Under the pieces are notes generated by a model. The model worked only from the letters and a program-made list of their open reading frames with translations, had not been told where the DNA came from and did not search any database. The position numbers and the translations under genes are program-made. Shown in pieces: positions 41,577-51,607 of a stretch of 64,000 nucleotides of DNA. Origin of the DNA: an uncultured Spirochaetota bacterium (lineage in GTDB: Bacteria; Spirochaetota; Spirochaetia; SZUA-6; CAVTHK01); contig CAVTHK010000011.1 in assembly GCA_963734495.1 (NCBI GenBank), positions 416,001-480,000 on the forward strand, given 5' to 3'. Positions within the stretch are counted from its first letter, which is position 1; each line of letters starts with the position of its first letter.

Positions 41577-41592
41577 CGTCGGCTCCCCGGGC

Positions 41593-42522
41593 TCACTTCT
41601 TCGACCTCTGCACCTGCCACTTCACCCACGCATCGGTCTCGGAGTCGTAGCCACCGTGGAAACCGTGGAACTCCACCTTCTCGTACTGGTACTCGCCTCT
41701 GACCCAGTCGTTGAGGGCGGAGGCCTTGAGCTTCTCCAGCGAGTCGCTCTCGATCTGCCTGCTGGCCCTTTCGGCGACAAAGATGACCACCGTCTGGTCG
41801 CCGAGGGCCAGGGGATCGCTCGCTTCGCCCGGCTTGAGGTCGTCGAACGCGGCCTTGGCCAGCTCAGGCGTGAGCGCTCCTCGAGGGAACCACCCGACGT
41901 CGCCGCCGTTCTCCCTCAGCTTCGGGTCCGACGCCAGCTCTCGAGCCAGAGCCTGAAAGGTCTCTCCCGACCGCAGCCGCTCCTTGACCCTGTTCGCGTC
42001 CGCGGGCTCCTTGACCGGGATCATGTAGAGGTGGACCTGCTCGCCGACGGTCGGAACCCTGCGCGACAGGTATTCGGTCATGCGCAGGGTCATCACGTTC
42101 GTCTTCGCCAGGTCGCGGAACTCCGCGTCGGAGAGCCTGGTCTCGTTCAGTTTCTGGCGAAACCACTCCTTGAAGTCGCTGTCCGTGATGCGGTCGCTGC
42201 TGCCGCGGGCCAGGTCTCTGAGGAAGCGATCGACATCCTGGTCGGTCACTTCGATGTTGTAGGGCGGCGCGGGCGCCACCTGCCTGATGATCAGCTCGCT
42301 CACCAGGGCCTGGAGCACTTCGAGCGGCTCCCTGCCCGACATGCTCACCCGCTTGAGGAAATAGCGCATCGCGACCGAGCGGTCGCCGACCACGAGGACG
42401 GTCGTCCGAAACGGCGCCACCTGGTCGAGATAGATGCCGATGCCGGCCGCCGCCGCGACGACGGCAGCGACCGCCGCGGCGATCGCGAACGTCCTGCCCT
42501 TCGGCACGCGCGCGCCTTCCAT
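41593..42522 (-). CDS. Membrane-anchored parvulin/rotamase PPIase (PrsA/SurA-like foldase)
   Basis: N-terminal TM, then GETFQALARELASD, NGGDVGWFPRG, AAFDDLKPGEASDP. Confidence 0.82.
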   Translation of the reverse strand: MEGARVPKGRTFAIAAAVAAVVAAAAGIGIYLDQVAPFRTTVLVVGDRSVAMRYFLKRVSMSGREPLEVLQALVSELIIRQVAPAPPYNIEVTDQDVDRFLRDLARGSSDRITDSDFKEWFRQKLNETRLSDAEFRDLAKTNVMTLRMTEYLSRRVPTVGEQVHLYMIPVKEPADANRVKERLRSGETFQALARELASDPKLRENGGDVGWFPRGALTPELAKAAFDDLKPGEASDPLALGDQTVVIFVAERASRQIESDSLEKLKASALNDWVRGEYQYEKVEFHGFHGGYDSETDAWVKWQVQRSKK

Positions 42523-42548
42523 CCTACCGTTCCTCGCTCTTGGGCATG

Positions 42549-43524
42549 CTACACACGGTGGCAGGCTGCCCAGTGGCTCCCGCCGACGTTCCTGAGCTTC
42601 GGCACCTCGGCCTTGCAGACGTCGATGGCCTGGTAGCACCTCGGGTGGAAGGGACATCCGGGGGGCGGATTGATCGGGCTCGGCACGTCGCCGGCCAGGA
42701 TGATCCTCTGCCTGCTGCGGTCCGCCACGGGATCCGGGATCGGCACCGCCGAAAGCAGCGATATCGTGTACGGGTGAAGCGGATGGGCGTACAGCTCGTC
42801 GCTGTCGGTGATCTCGACGATCTTGCCGAGATACATCACCGCCACGCGGTCGCTGATGTTGCGCACCACCGCCAGATCGTGGGCGATAAAGAGGTAGGTC
42901 AGGTCCAGCTCTTCGCGCAGCTTCATCAGCAGCGAGATGATCTGCGCCTGGATCGAGACGTCCAGCGCGGAGACCGCCTCGTCGCACACGATGAACTTGG
43001 GCCTGACCGCCAGCGCCCGCGCGATCCCGATGCGCTGCCGCTGGCCGCCGCTGAACTCGTGAGGGTAGCGGTCGGCCATGTAGGGCTCCAGCTCCACCAT
43101 CGACAGCAGCTCCGCGACCTGCCTGCGGTACTCGGCGCCGGACGCCATCTGGTGGGCCAGCAGCGGCTCGCCGATGATGTCCCCCGCCGTCATCCGCGGG
43201 TCGAGCGAGGCGAACGGATCCTGGAAGATCGGCTGCATGTGCCGCCGCATCTTCCTCAGGCTCTCGCCCTTCATCCGCACCAGGTCCTGCCCTTCGAAGA
43301 AGACCTTGCCCGAAGTCACCTTGTAGAGCTGCAGGATGCAGTGCCCGGTCGTGGTCTTGCCGCACCCGCTTTCCCCCACCAGGCCGAGGGTCTCGCCCTT
43401 GCGGATGCCGAAGCTGACGTCGTCGACCGCCTTGACGTCGGCGACCTGCTTGCCGAGCACGCCCGGCGGTCACCGGAAAGTACATCACGAGGTTCTGGAC
43501 TTCGATCAGGTTCTCGTTCTGCAT
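42549..43524 (-). CDS. oppF: Oligopeptide/dipeptide ABC ATPase (frameshift at about 43462)
   Basis: [48 protein letters not shown]. Confidence 0.9.
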
Positions 43525-43550
43525 CGGCGCGGGTCCCGCTTTCGGCGCTC

Positions 43551-44546
43551 CTATCTCTTGAGCTTGCTTGCGTCATAGAAGCAGGCCCGGTAGTGATTGT
43601 CGCCCACCTGCTCCAGCGGGGGCTTCTCCATGCGGCACCTGTCCATGGCGTAGTCGCAGCGCGGGGCAAACGGGCAGCCCTTCGGCAGCCGTGCCATGTT
43701 CGGCGGCAGCCCCTTGATGACCCGCAGGCTCTGCCTGCCGGGGGCTGTCCAGCCGCGGCACCGACGCGAGCAGTCCCAGCGTGTAGGGGTGCTTCGGCTC
43801 GGCGTAGATCGCCTCCGTGGGCCCGGTCTCGACCAGGCTTCCGGCGTACATCACGTTCACCCGGTCGACGTACCGCGCCACGACCCCCAGGTTGTGCGTG
43901 ATGATGATCACCGCGGCGCCGAACTCCGACCTCAGGTTGGCTATGATCTCCAGCAGCTGCGCCTGCACCGTCACGTCCAGCGACGTCGTCGGCTCGTCGG
44001 CAACCAGCAGCTCGGGATCGCAGCTCAGCGCCATCGCGATCATGATCCGCTGCTGCATCCCGCCGCTGAACTGGTGCGGGTAGTCCCTGACCCTCCGCTC
44101 GGGGTCCGGTATGCCGACCAGCTTCAGCAGCCTGCACGCTCTCGGCGCGAGCCGCCGCCTTGTCCAGGCCGCGGTGCAGCTCCAGCGACTCGGAGATCTG
44201 CCGGCCGACCGTCAGCACCGGGTTCAGCGAGGTCGTCGGCTCCTGGAACACCATGGCGATCTTGTTGCCCCTGATGTCGCGCATCCTCTCTTCGCTGACC
44301 TTCAGCAGGTCTTCGCCCTTGAAGAGGATCTCGCCGCCCACGATGATCGCCGGGAGGATAGGGGATGAGGCGCAGCAGCGACATGGCGCTCACGCTCTTG
44401 CCGCAGGCGCTCTCGCCCACGATCCCGACGCATTCGCCCTTGTTGACGTGATACGAGAGGCCGTCGACCGCTTTGACGACTCCCTCGCCGGTGTAGAAGT
44501 AGGTCTTGAGGTCCTTGACTTCCAGCAGAATCTCGTTCGTGGACAT
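43551..44546 (-). CDS. oppD: Oligopeptide/dipeptide ABC ATPase (frameshifts at about 44350, 44140 and 43735)
   Basis: [63 protein letters not shown]. Confidence 0.88.
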
Positions 44547-44571
44547 ACAGACCAAGGCCTCGACAGCGTCT

Positions 44572-44600
44572 TTTGTAGCCCGGCTTCCGGCGGTTGTCAA
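44572..44600 (-). promoter_or_regulatory. Internal sigma-70-like promoter upstream of oppD
   Basis: TTGACA(44600-44595)-17-TACAAA(44577-44572). Confidence 0.5.
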
Positions 44601-44635
44601 CAAAGACCACCCCGCTCGGGCGATCGAGCTCTCTG

Positions 44636-46246
44636 CTACAAACCCGCAGACAGCTCGATCAGCGTCACGCTGTGAGCCTCCGCTTCGAAGCGAACGGCGA
44701 CCGTGCCGTCGCCCCCGGCCCGGGCCTGCACCGGCGGCTCCGCATGGAGCCCGGCCGCCCGCCGCAGGCGGTCGAGCTGGGCCGCATCCGGGCGCTGGGG
44801 CTCTCCCATCTCCACCCACGCCCGATACGAGTTCCCGCGCCTGCGATCGACGACCCAGCGCCTGACCGTGTACTGTCCGCCCGGCTCGAGCCCGGACACG
44901 GTCAACGACACCCCGGTGATCGACTGCACGTCCCAGTCGTCGTGATGGCTCACGAGGAAGACCTGGACGGCGCCCGTGCCGTCCTTCGCCGCGATGCCCG
45001 AAATGTCCGCGGGGGTGTCGACGCCGTCCATGCCGCTGCGTGCCAGGGGATCGCGGCTGCGGTCGCTCTCGAGCCGGAGGCGGCTGCCTCCGAGCCGCGC
45101 GAGCATGCGGAACACGCTGAGGACCGGCTTGTCGATGCCGTTGGTGCTCAGCGTGCGCAACCCCTCGAAGTATTCGCGGTCCTCGAACTCGAAGGCCCAC
45201 GTGAGCATGCCGTCGACGCGCTGCTGCGGGCGCACCATCTCGATCATCTTGCAGACCGTGCTGCCCACGTAGCTCGCGTAGTACTCGGTGTTGCGGAAGC
45301 CCAGGTTCGGGTTGTCGTGCCGGCCCCCGGCCGCCCAGCCGTCCGGGTCGCACTCCGACAGATTGACCTCCTTGCCTGCCAGCTCCGGGACCCGGGAGAG
45401 CACGTCGAGCCCCCTGGCCGTGTTGGTCAGGAGGTGACCTATGGTGGGACACTCCTTGGGAGCATCATTCCGCGTGCTGTATCTGCCGCCTTTGACGTGG
45501 AAGCTCACGTAGTCCAGCCTGGTCCCCTTTGCTCCCGTGACCGCATTCGTCCCGCGGACGCAGTGCTTCAGGAACGCTTCGAGGAACTCGCTCGAGCCCG
45601 GGTTGAGGGGCCTCGTGGTGGCCGGCCCGCCGAGGTAAGCGCCCGGGAGGACCGAGTGCAGCCCGGCCTCGGTGTAGTCGTAGAGCCGGCAGAACTCCTC
45701 GACCGTCCCCTGCCAGTACATGCCGTCCGGCTCGTTCCACAGCTCCCAGTACCACGGGCGCAGCTCGCGCGCGCCGTAGCGCTCGAGGCAGTGCCGTGCG
45801 AGCGCCTCGATGAGTCCGCGCCACTTGCCGTAGTCCCTGGGCGGGTAGCCCCACCCCGCGTCGCGGGTCGCCTCGTAGGGCACCTCGGGCGGGGCGGTGC
45901 TCAGGTCCTTCGGCATGAAGCCGATCTCCACGAAGGGGATGCACCCCGCCTCCACGATGGCGTCGAAGATCCTGTCGATGATCTTCCAGTCGTAGACCGG
46001 GTTGCCGCGCGCGTCTTGAGTGTAGACGTTGCTGGAGCCGAACTTGGGCCGCCCGGTCCCATCGCCCGAACAGAGGATGAAATGACACCGAATCCAGTAC
46101 GGCGCGTCGGACAGGGCCCCCAGCTTGCCGAGCAGCTCACGGCCGCGCGGCGTGTACGTGTAGTTCGGCTCGTCGTAGCCGACGTAGCGCCAGATCCGCC
46201 GCAGGGGCTCGCGCTGCGCGGCGTCCACTCTGACCCGTGCTTCCAC
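44636..46246 (-). CDS. GH39 family glycoside hydrolase (beta-xylosidase/iduronidase-like)
   Basis: YVGYDEPNYTY, YDWKIIDRIFD, EIGFMP, WELWNEPD, LGGPAT, LSECDP, LTWAFEFE. GAGGAG RBS. Confidence 0.88.
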   Translation of the reverse strand: MEARVRVDAAQREPLRRIWRYVGYDEPNYTYTPRGRELLGKLGALSDAPYWIRCHFILCSGDGTGRPKFGSSNVYTQDARGNPVYDWKIIDRIFDAIVEAGCIPFVEIGFMPKDLSTAPPEVPYEATRDAGWGYPPRDYGKWRGLIEALARHCLERYGARELRPWYWELWNEPDGMYWQGTVEEFCRLYDYTEAGLHSVLPGAYLGGPATTRPLNPGSSEFLEAFLKHCVRGTNAVTGAKGTRLDYVSFHVKGGRYSTRNDAPKECPTIGHLLTNTARGLDVLSRVPELAGKEVNLSECDPDGWAAGGRHDNPNLGFRNTEYYASYVGSTVCKMIEMVRPQQRVDGMLTWAFEFEDREYFEGLRTLSTNGIDKPVLSVFRMLARLGGSRLRLESDRSRDPLARSGMDGVDTPADISGIAAKDGTGAVQVFLVSHHDDWDVQSITGVSLTVSGLEPGGQYTVRRWVVDRRRGNSYRAWVEMGEPQRPDAAQLDRLRRAAGLHAEPPVQARAGGDGTVAVRFEAEAHSVTLIELSAGL

Positions 46247-46327
46247 CAGGTTGTCTCCTCGCTGATTGCCGCGGCCGGGTTTTCGCCGGGCTCCGCCGTC
46301 CCGCTCGAAGGCTCGAGTCCGCCGGGC

Positions 46328-47278
46328 TCAACTCCCCGAGCTCACATGCTCGGGCGACACATCCTTCAATTTCTTCGCCTTGACCCCGAAACGCCCGGCG
46401 CCGCCGCGCAGCCTCGGGTCCAGGAGGTCCCGTATGGCGTCTCCGAACATGTTGACCCCGTACACCACCAGGGCCAGCGCGATCCCCGGCCACAGGACCA
46501 TCCACGGCGCCCGGAACATGTAGGTGCGCCCGATGCCGCTGAGCATGCCGCCCCAGCTGGGGGTCGGCGCGGGGATCCCGAAGCCGAGGAAACTCAGGCT
46601 GGCTTCGGCGAGGATCACGTTCGGCACCCTCGTGGTGAACAGGACGATCGTCGGCGCCATGATGTTCGGCAGCACGTGGCGCAGCAGGACTCTGCGCGTG
46701 GAGCAGCCCGCGGCCACCGACGCACGCACGTACACGTTCTCCTTGATGCCGATCACGGCGCCCCTGATGATCCGCGAGCCGACGATCCCCCACCACAGCC
46801 CCAGGTTGAGGATCAGCGTGAACATGCCCGGTCCCGTGATCGAGATGATCATCATGAGAACGATGATCATGGGCAGGGACATCCAGCCGTCCACGAACCT
46901 CTGGACGACCGTGTCGAAGGTGCCGCCGGCGTAGCCGCTCAGGATGCCGATGGCGACCGAGACGATCGTGGCGAGCGTCGAGGCGGCCAGCCCCACGATC
47001 ACGGAGATGCGGGCCCCGTAGATGACGCGGCTGAGCAGGTCCCGCCCCAGGTTGTCGGTGCCCAGCAGGTACCTGGCCGACGGCGCGGCGAGGGCCTCCG
47101 AGGTATGAGTTTCGTTCATGCCGTACGGGGCGAGTGCGCCCGCGAAGATGCCGGTGAGCAGCAGGATCAGGGTGATGATCGCTCCCACCGTGCCGAGGGG
47201 CTTCTCCTTGACCAACCTCTTCGTAAACTCGACGACCCAGGGTTGTCTCCTGTCGGCCGCCGCCGCGCTGTTGCCCAT
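46328..47278 (-). CDS. oppC: Peptide-type ABC permease
   Basis: LLGTDNLGRDLLSRVIYGARIS, RHVLPN, EASLSFLGFG, PSWGGML. Confidence 0.92.
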   Translation of the reverse strand: MGNSAAAADRRQPWVVEFTKRLVKEKPLGTVGAIITLILLLTGIFAGALAPYGMNETHTSEALAAPSARYLLGTDNLGRDLLSRVIYGARISVIVGLAASTLATIVSVAIGILSGYAGGTFDTVVQRFVDGWMSLPMIIVLMMIISITGPGMFTLILNLGLWWGIVGSRIIRGAVIGIKENVYVRASVAAGCSTRRVLLRHVLPNIMAPTIVLFTTRVPNVILAEASLSFLGFGIPAPTPSWGGMLSGIGRTYMFRAPWMVLWPGIALALVVYGVNMFGDAIRDLLDPRLRGGAGRFGVKAKKLKDVSPEHVSSGS

Positions 47279-47291
47279 TCCCGCTTCCCCT

Positions 47292-48245
47292 CTATTTGTA
47301 GTGAATCCTGGGATCCAGGAGACCGTAGGCGACGTCGACAAGCAGGTTCGAGAACACCGTAAACCAGCCCAGCACGAGCATGACCCCGCTCACGATCGTG
47401 TAGTCTCTGATCAGTACGGCGTCCAGCACGAGCCTGCCCATCCCCGGAAGGCTGAAGATCTGCTCGATGATCACCGATCCGCCGACGAGGACCGGCAGCT
47501 GGATGCCGATCAGGGTGATCACCGGGATGAGCGCGTTCTTCACGGCGTGCCTGCGGACGACGACCCCTTCCCGCAGCCCCTTGGCCCAGGCTGTCCGCAC
47601 GTAGTCCTGCCTGAGCACCTCCAGCATCATCGTCCGCGTCAGTCTCATGGTGAGCCCCGACGTCGACATCCCGAGGACGAGGGCCGGCAGCAGGAACATT
47701 TCGAGATTGCCGACCGGGTCGTCGGCGAACCTGATCAGGCTGATGGGCGGCGACCAGCCCCACCAGATGGAGGGAAATACGATGACCATCGTGCCCAGCC
47801 AGAAGCCCGGCACCGCGATGCAGAAGATCGCGAAGCTTCGGGCGATGTAGTCGCCCCAGGTGTCCTGACGCACCGCCGAATAGACGCCGATGGGCAGCGC
47901 GATCACCTGGGCTATGATCAGGCCGAGGATTCCGAGCTCGGCCGTCACCGGCCACCGGGCCGCGATGAGCTCCGTCACCGGGATGTCCTTCCAAAGCGAC
48001 TTTCCGAGGTCGCCGTGCAGCAGGACGGCGCCGATCCAGCGCGCGAACTGCACCGGTATCGAAACGTCGAGCCCGAGGGCCTTCGCAATGGCTGCCCTGT
48101 CCATCTGCTCGATACCCCAGGCCGCGGCGGCCATGGCGTCCAGGATGCTCCCCGGGATGAGGCGTATCAGAACGAAGATGATGATGCTGACGATCAGCAT
48201 GGTGGGTATCGCCAGCAGCAGCCTTCTGATGACGTAGGAGCGCAT
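47292..48245 (-). CDS. oppB: Peptide-type ABC permease
   Basis: YVIRRLLLAIPT, LGLD, GDLGKSL, DYVRTAWAKGL, RHAVKNALIP, IEQIFSLPGMG. Confidence 0.93.
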   Translation of the reverse strand: MRSYVIRRLLLAIPTMLIVSIIIFVLIRLIPGSILDAMAAAAWGIEQMDRAAIAKALGLDVSIPVQFARWIGAVLLHGDLGKSLWKDIPVTELIAARWPVTAELGILGLIIAQVIALPIGVYSAVRQDTWGDYIARSFAIFCIAVPGFWLGTMVIVFPSIWWGWSPPISLIRFADDPVGNLEMFLLPALVLGMSTSGLTMRLTRTMMLEVLRQDYVRTAWAKGLREGVVVRRHAVKNALIPVITLIGIQLPVLVGGSVIIEQIFSLPGMGRLVLDAVLIRDYTIVSGVMLVLGWFTVFSNLLVDVAYGLLDPRIHYK

Positions 48246-48321
48246 GATCTGTTTCCGCCTCTTCGGATCGTCGCCTCATTCAGGGCGTCGCCGTCCGGGT
48301 TTTGCCGGGAACGCGGGCACC

Positions 48322-48357
48322 AAAAGCGGAGGGGCGGAGCACTCGTCTCCGCCCCTC
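48322..48357 (-). terminator. Intrinsic terminator or stabilising hairpin after the SBP gene
   Basis: 11-bp perfect stem GAGGGGCGGAG/CTCCGCCCCTC, with a TTTT run shortly after it on the minus strand. Confidence 0.7.
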
Positions 48358-48467
48358 GTCGTTTCATCGGCCGAAATCGTCCCTCTTGTCTATCGGCCTG
48401 TCGGACTTGCACAGGCCGGCAAGCCGCGCCGCTGCCTCCTGTCTGGCCGCGGAGGACCGCGGCCGCT

Positions 48468-50217
48468 CTAGAACCCCATCGACTTCTTGAGCTTCTGGTC
48501 GATCCAGATGCGGGACTGCATGGCCACGAAGTTGTAGTAGGCGCTCTCGACCTCGCCGTAGTAGTTCTTGACCCACGGCCAGTACGCCGTCTGGTTGTAG
48601 GGGTTCGGGAACGGGAGGTACGGGACGTCGTCCAGCCAGTGCAGCGAGATGTCCGTGAGCAGCGCGGCCCGCTTGTTCGCGTCCCTCTCCGCCTTGGCCT
48701 TGGCAAACCCATCGGAGAAGTACTTGTCGATCGTAACGGGCCGGGTTCTTGAAGCTCGTGATCAGCCCGACGCGGTCGAGGCACACCCACGGGGAGGCGG
48801 TCGACATCGTCATGATCACCGACCCGTGGTAGTCGGCGGGCCGCTCCTTGGTGCCGCGCCCGCTGACCAGGCCGCCGAGGACCGTGCCCTCGACCGGCAT
48901 CAGCTCGAGATCGACGTTGAGCCGCTTCTGCCACTGGTCCTTGAGCAGCTCGATCGCCGCCTTGCTCTTTTCGTCCGTGGCGTACATCTGCATCTTGAAG
49001 CCGTTGGGGTAGCCGGCATCGGCCAGCATCTTCTTCGCCTTGGCCGGGTCGTTCGAGTACAGCTCCTTGATGTTGTCAGGGAGCTTGTCCCCCGGGACCC
49101 AGTAGGGGGTCAGCGCGTTCAGCGGCTCGGCGTAGATGTCGGCCTCTCCGTAGACGGTCTTGGCCACGGCCGGCCAGTCGGTGCCGATCATCATGGCGCG
49201 GCGGACGTTCTTGTTGTCAAAGGGCGGCTCCGTCATCTTGAGCGACGCGAAGTCGGTCTGTCCGGCCAGGTACTTGGACAGCTTGAGGTCCGGCGAGGTC
49301 TTCTTGAGCGTGTCCGCGTACTCGAGCGGGACGTTGATCACCCAGTCGATCTTGCCCGTGCGAAGGGCCGCGATGTTGGTCGACATGTCGGGGATGATCG
49401 GAATGACCAGCTTGTCCACGAACGGCAGCTTGTACTCCTTGCCGTTGATGACCGCGGTGCCCCAGTAGTTGGGGTTCCTGTCGTAGACCGCCTGGGACCC
49501 GTCGACATAGTTCGTCAGGATGAACGGCCCCGTGCCAACGGCGTTTCTCCAGTCCGCCGGACCCGCCTTGGCGACCTCGGGCGGGTAGATGGCTTCGACG
49601 ATGCCGCGGTAGCCGAGATGGAACGCCCAGTCCGCATAGAAGCTGTTGAGCTCGATGACCAGCGTATACTTGTCTTTGGCCTCGACAGACTTGACGTAGT
49701 TGAACTCGACGTTGCCTTGCTCCCTGAACCGCTTCCACGTGCGGTTCATGCTGAAGGCGACGTCATCGGCGGTGAGCTCCCTCGCGTCCATCACGCCCTT
49801 GCGCCCGGTCCACATGACGCCGTGGCGGATGTGGTAGACGAGCGTCAGCGGTCCGCTCCACTCCCAGCTCTCGGCCAGGGCGCCCTTGAGGTACTGCTCG
49901 GGGACGAGCTCCCACGCGGTGAACGCGTACTCCTTGCTCCCCCTCGGACCGTACTTGTCGATGTCTCCGATCAGCAGCGTCTCCGCGTAGGGGCTGGTCC
50001 ACGTGTGCGCGGATATTCCCTTGGCGAGGTCGCTGGTATCCCAGGTGTTTGTTCCGTTGCCGTTCCACCAGATCTTCTGGGTGAGCGTGCCGCCGTACTG
50101 CGGCTCTCCCGTCGCCGCGGCCGCCGGAGTCTCCTTCTCCGGCTTGCCCTCCGAAAACACTGTGGCCGCCACCAGTGCGCACACCGATAGCGCCAGGACG
50201 AAGGCCTTCTTTCCCAT
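48468..50217 (-). CDS. Family-5 ABC substrate-binding protein (frameshift at about 48728)
   Basis: GEPQYGGTLT, LAESWEW, RELTADDVAFS, GTGPFIL, AKKMLADAGYPNGF. Reframed end WPWVKNYYGE...IWIDQKLKKSMGF*. GGAGGAG RBS. Confidence 0.9.
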
Positions 50218-50249
50218 AGTCACTCCTCCGGTCCAGACTTCAGATCAAA

Positions 50250-50278
50250 ATCCTAAGTCCGGAACCGCCATCCGTCAA
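50250..50278 (-). promoter_or_regulatory. Sigma-70 promoter of the SBP-opp operon
   Basis: TTGACG(50278-50273)-17-TAGGAT(50255-50250), with imperfect inverted repeats (CTAAGTCC / GGACTAAG) around it. Confidence 0.65.
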
Positions 50279-50593
50279 GGACTAAGTTTGAAGGCAGGCG
50301 CGGCGGCCCGGGCGAGCACGCGGCGCGGGAGGCGCGTGCCCGGGCGCGCCGCAGGCGGCTCGCGGCGCTGTTTCCCGGCCGCGGACCGTCCCGACGAGAG
50401 TTGATTGACACCGGAGGGGCGGCCCCAATACTGTGCGAGCGCGCCCGCGCCGGCGCGAGATGTCGCGCAGGTGTGCAAGACGGCTATTCGACAACGATAC
50501 GAGGCTTCATGCAGCCGATGAACCCGTGGACCGGTGAGCGCTCGACCACGCGGCGCGGCCTGCTCTCCGCCGCCGCGCGCGGCGGAGGCGCCG

Positions 50594-51538
50594 ATGCGTG
50601 AAGCGCCGGCCGCCGCCGCGTCGCGTGCGCGCATCGACGCCGTCGGGTCGCTCGCGATGCTGGCGACCGCGGCCAACTTTGTCGCGGTTCCGCTCATCGT
50701 CCGGTCCATCACGGGCTACGTCGACACCTGGGTCCAGAACGCCCTCCGGTACGGCGTGGCCTTCGTCGTGTGGGCGCCCTTTCTCCTCGTGCGCGTCGCG
50801 CAGGGGCGCGTGGAGCGGAAAATCTGGCTCAAGGCTCTCGTGCCGACGGTGCTCAACCTGCTGCAGCAAGTCCTGTTCACGACCAGCCTCTACTACCTCG
50901 AGCCGGGCATCATGAGCCTGCTCTCGAAGACGTCGCTCCTCTGGATCATGATCTTCGCCATGGTCATCTTTCCGGACGAGCGCAGCCTCCTCCGCGACAG
51001 GTTCTTCCGGGCGGGCGTCCCCCTCTGCGTGGCCGGCGCGGTGGGTGTGATGGTCCTGGACCGGAGCTTTTCGACGGGCGGCACCGCAACGGGGATCGTC
51101 CTCACGCTCGCGTGCGCCCTGAGCTGGGGCGCCTACACGGTGTCGGCGCGGTATTTCCTCAGGGAGCTCGACTCCCGCACCGCGTTCGCGGTCGTGGCCG
51201 TCTACACCACGGCGGCGCTCGTCGGGCTCGCGCTCCTGTTCGGCGACCCCATGCGGGGCCTGCGGATGCCGGCAGCGGGCTGGGCGGGCGTCATCGTCAC
51301 GGGCTTTCTCGGAATCGCCGTCGGCCACGTGCTCTACTTCGTGGCCATCAAGAGGATCGGTACCACCATCTCGGCGCTCTTCCTTCTGATCACGCCGCTC
51401 GGCGTCTACGCGGTCTCGACCTTCACGCTGGGCGAAACGATGAGCCTGGCGCAGTGGCTCTCCGGCCTGCTGCTGCTCGGAGGAGCCGCGCTGGTGCTCT
51501 GGTCGCAGAAGAGCTTCGGGCCAAACCGCGCCGGCTGA
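50594..51538 (+). CDS. DMT/EamA family transporter
   Basis: About 10 TM segments in two EamA halves (ALSWGAYTV, LYFVAIKRIG, LGETMS). GGAGG RBS. Confidence 0.88.
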   Translation: MREAPAAAASRARIDAVGSLAMLATAANFVAVPLIVRSITGYVDTWVQNALRYGVAFVVWAPFLLVRVAQGRVERKIWLKALVPTVLNLLQQVLFTTSLYYLEPGIMSLLSKTSLLWIMIFAMVIFPDERSLLRDRFFRAGVPLCVAGAVGVMVLDRSFSTGGTATGIVLTLACALSWGAYTVSARYFLRELDSRTAFAVVAVYTTAALVGLALLFGDPMRGLRMPAAGWAGVIVTGFLGIAVGHVLYFVAIKRIGTTISALFLLITPLGVYAVSTFTLGETMSLAQWLSGLLLLGGAALVLWSQKSFGPNRAG

Positions 51539-51607
51539 GCCGTGGCCGCGGCGGCGCCGGCGGCAATATCTTGTGTACACGTGCCGCTCGAGCGGGCAGG
51601 AGGGGGC

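Noticed and set aside
41593-43524. Apparent OppF-PPIase fusion (643 aa)
   Set aside because: An indel at about 43462 shifts OppF into a junk frame that runs into the PPIase. OppF has its own stop at 42549.
44594-47362. Long plus-strand ORFs opposite real genes (also 59998..62475, 25942..27942, and 29027..31120 on the minus strand)
   Set aside because: Stop-poor antisense frames expected at high GC, with no recognisable motifs.
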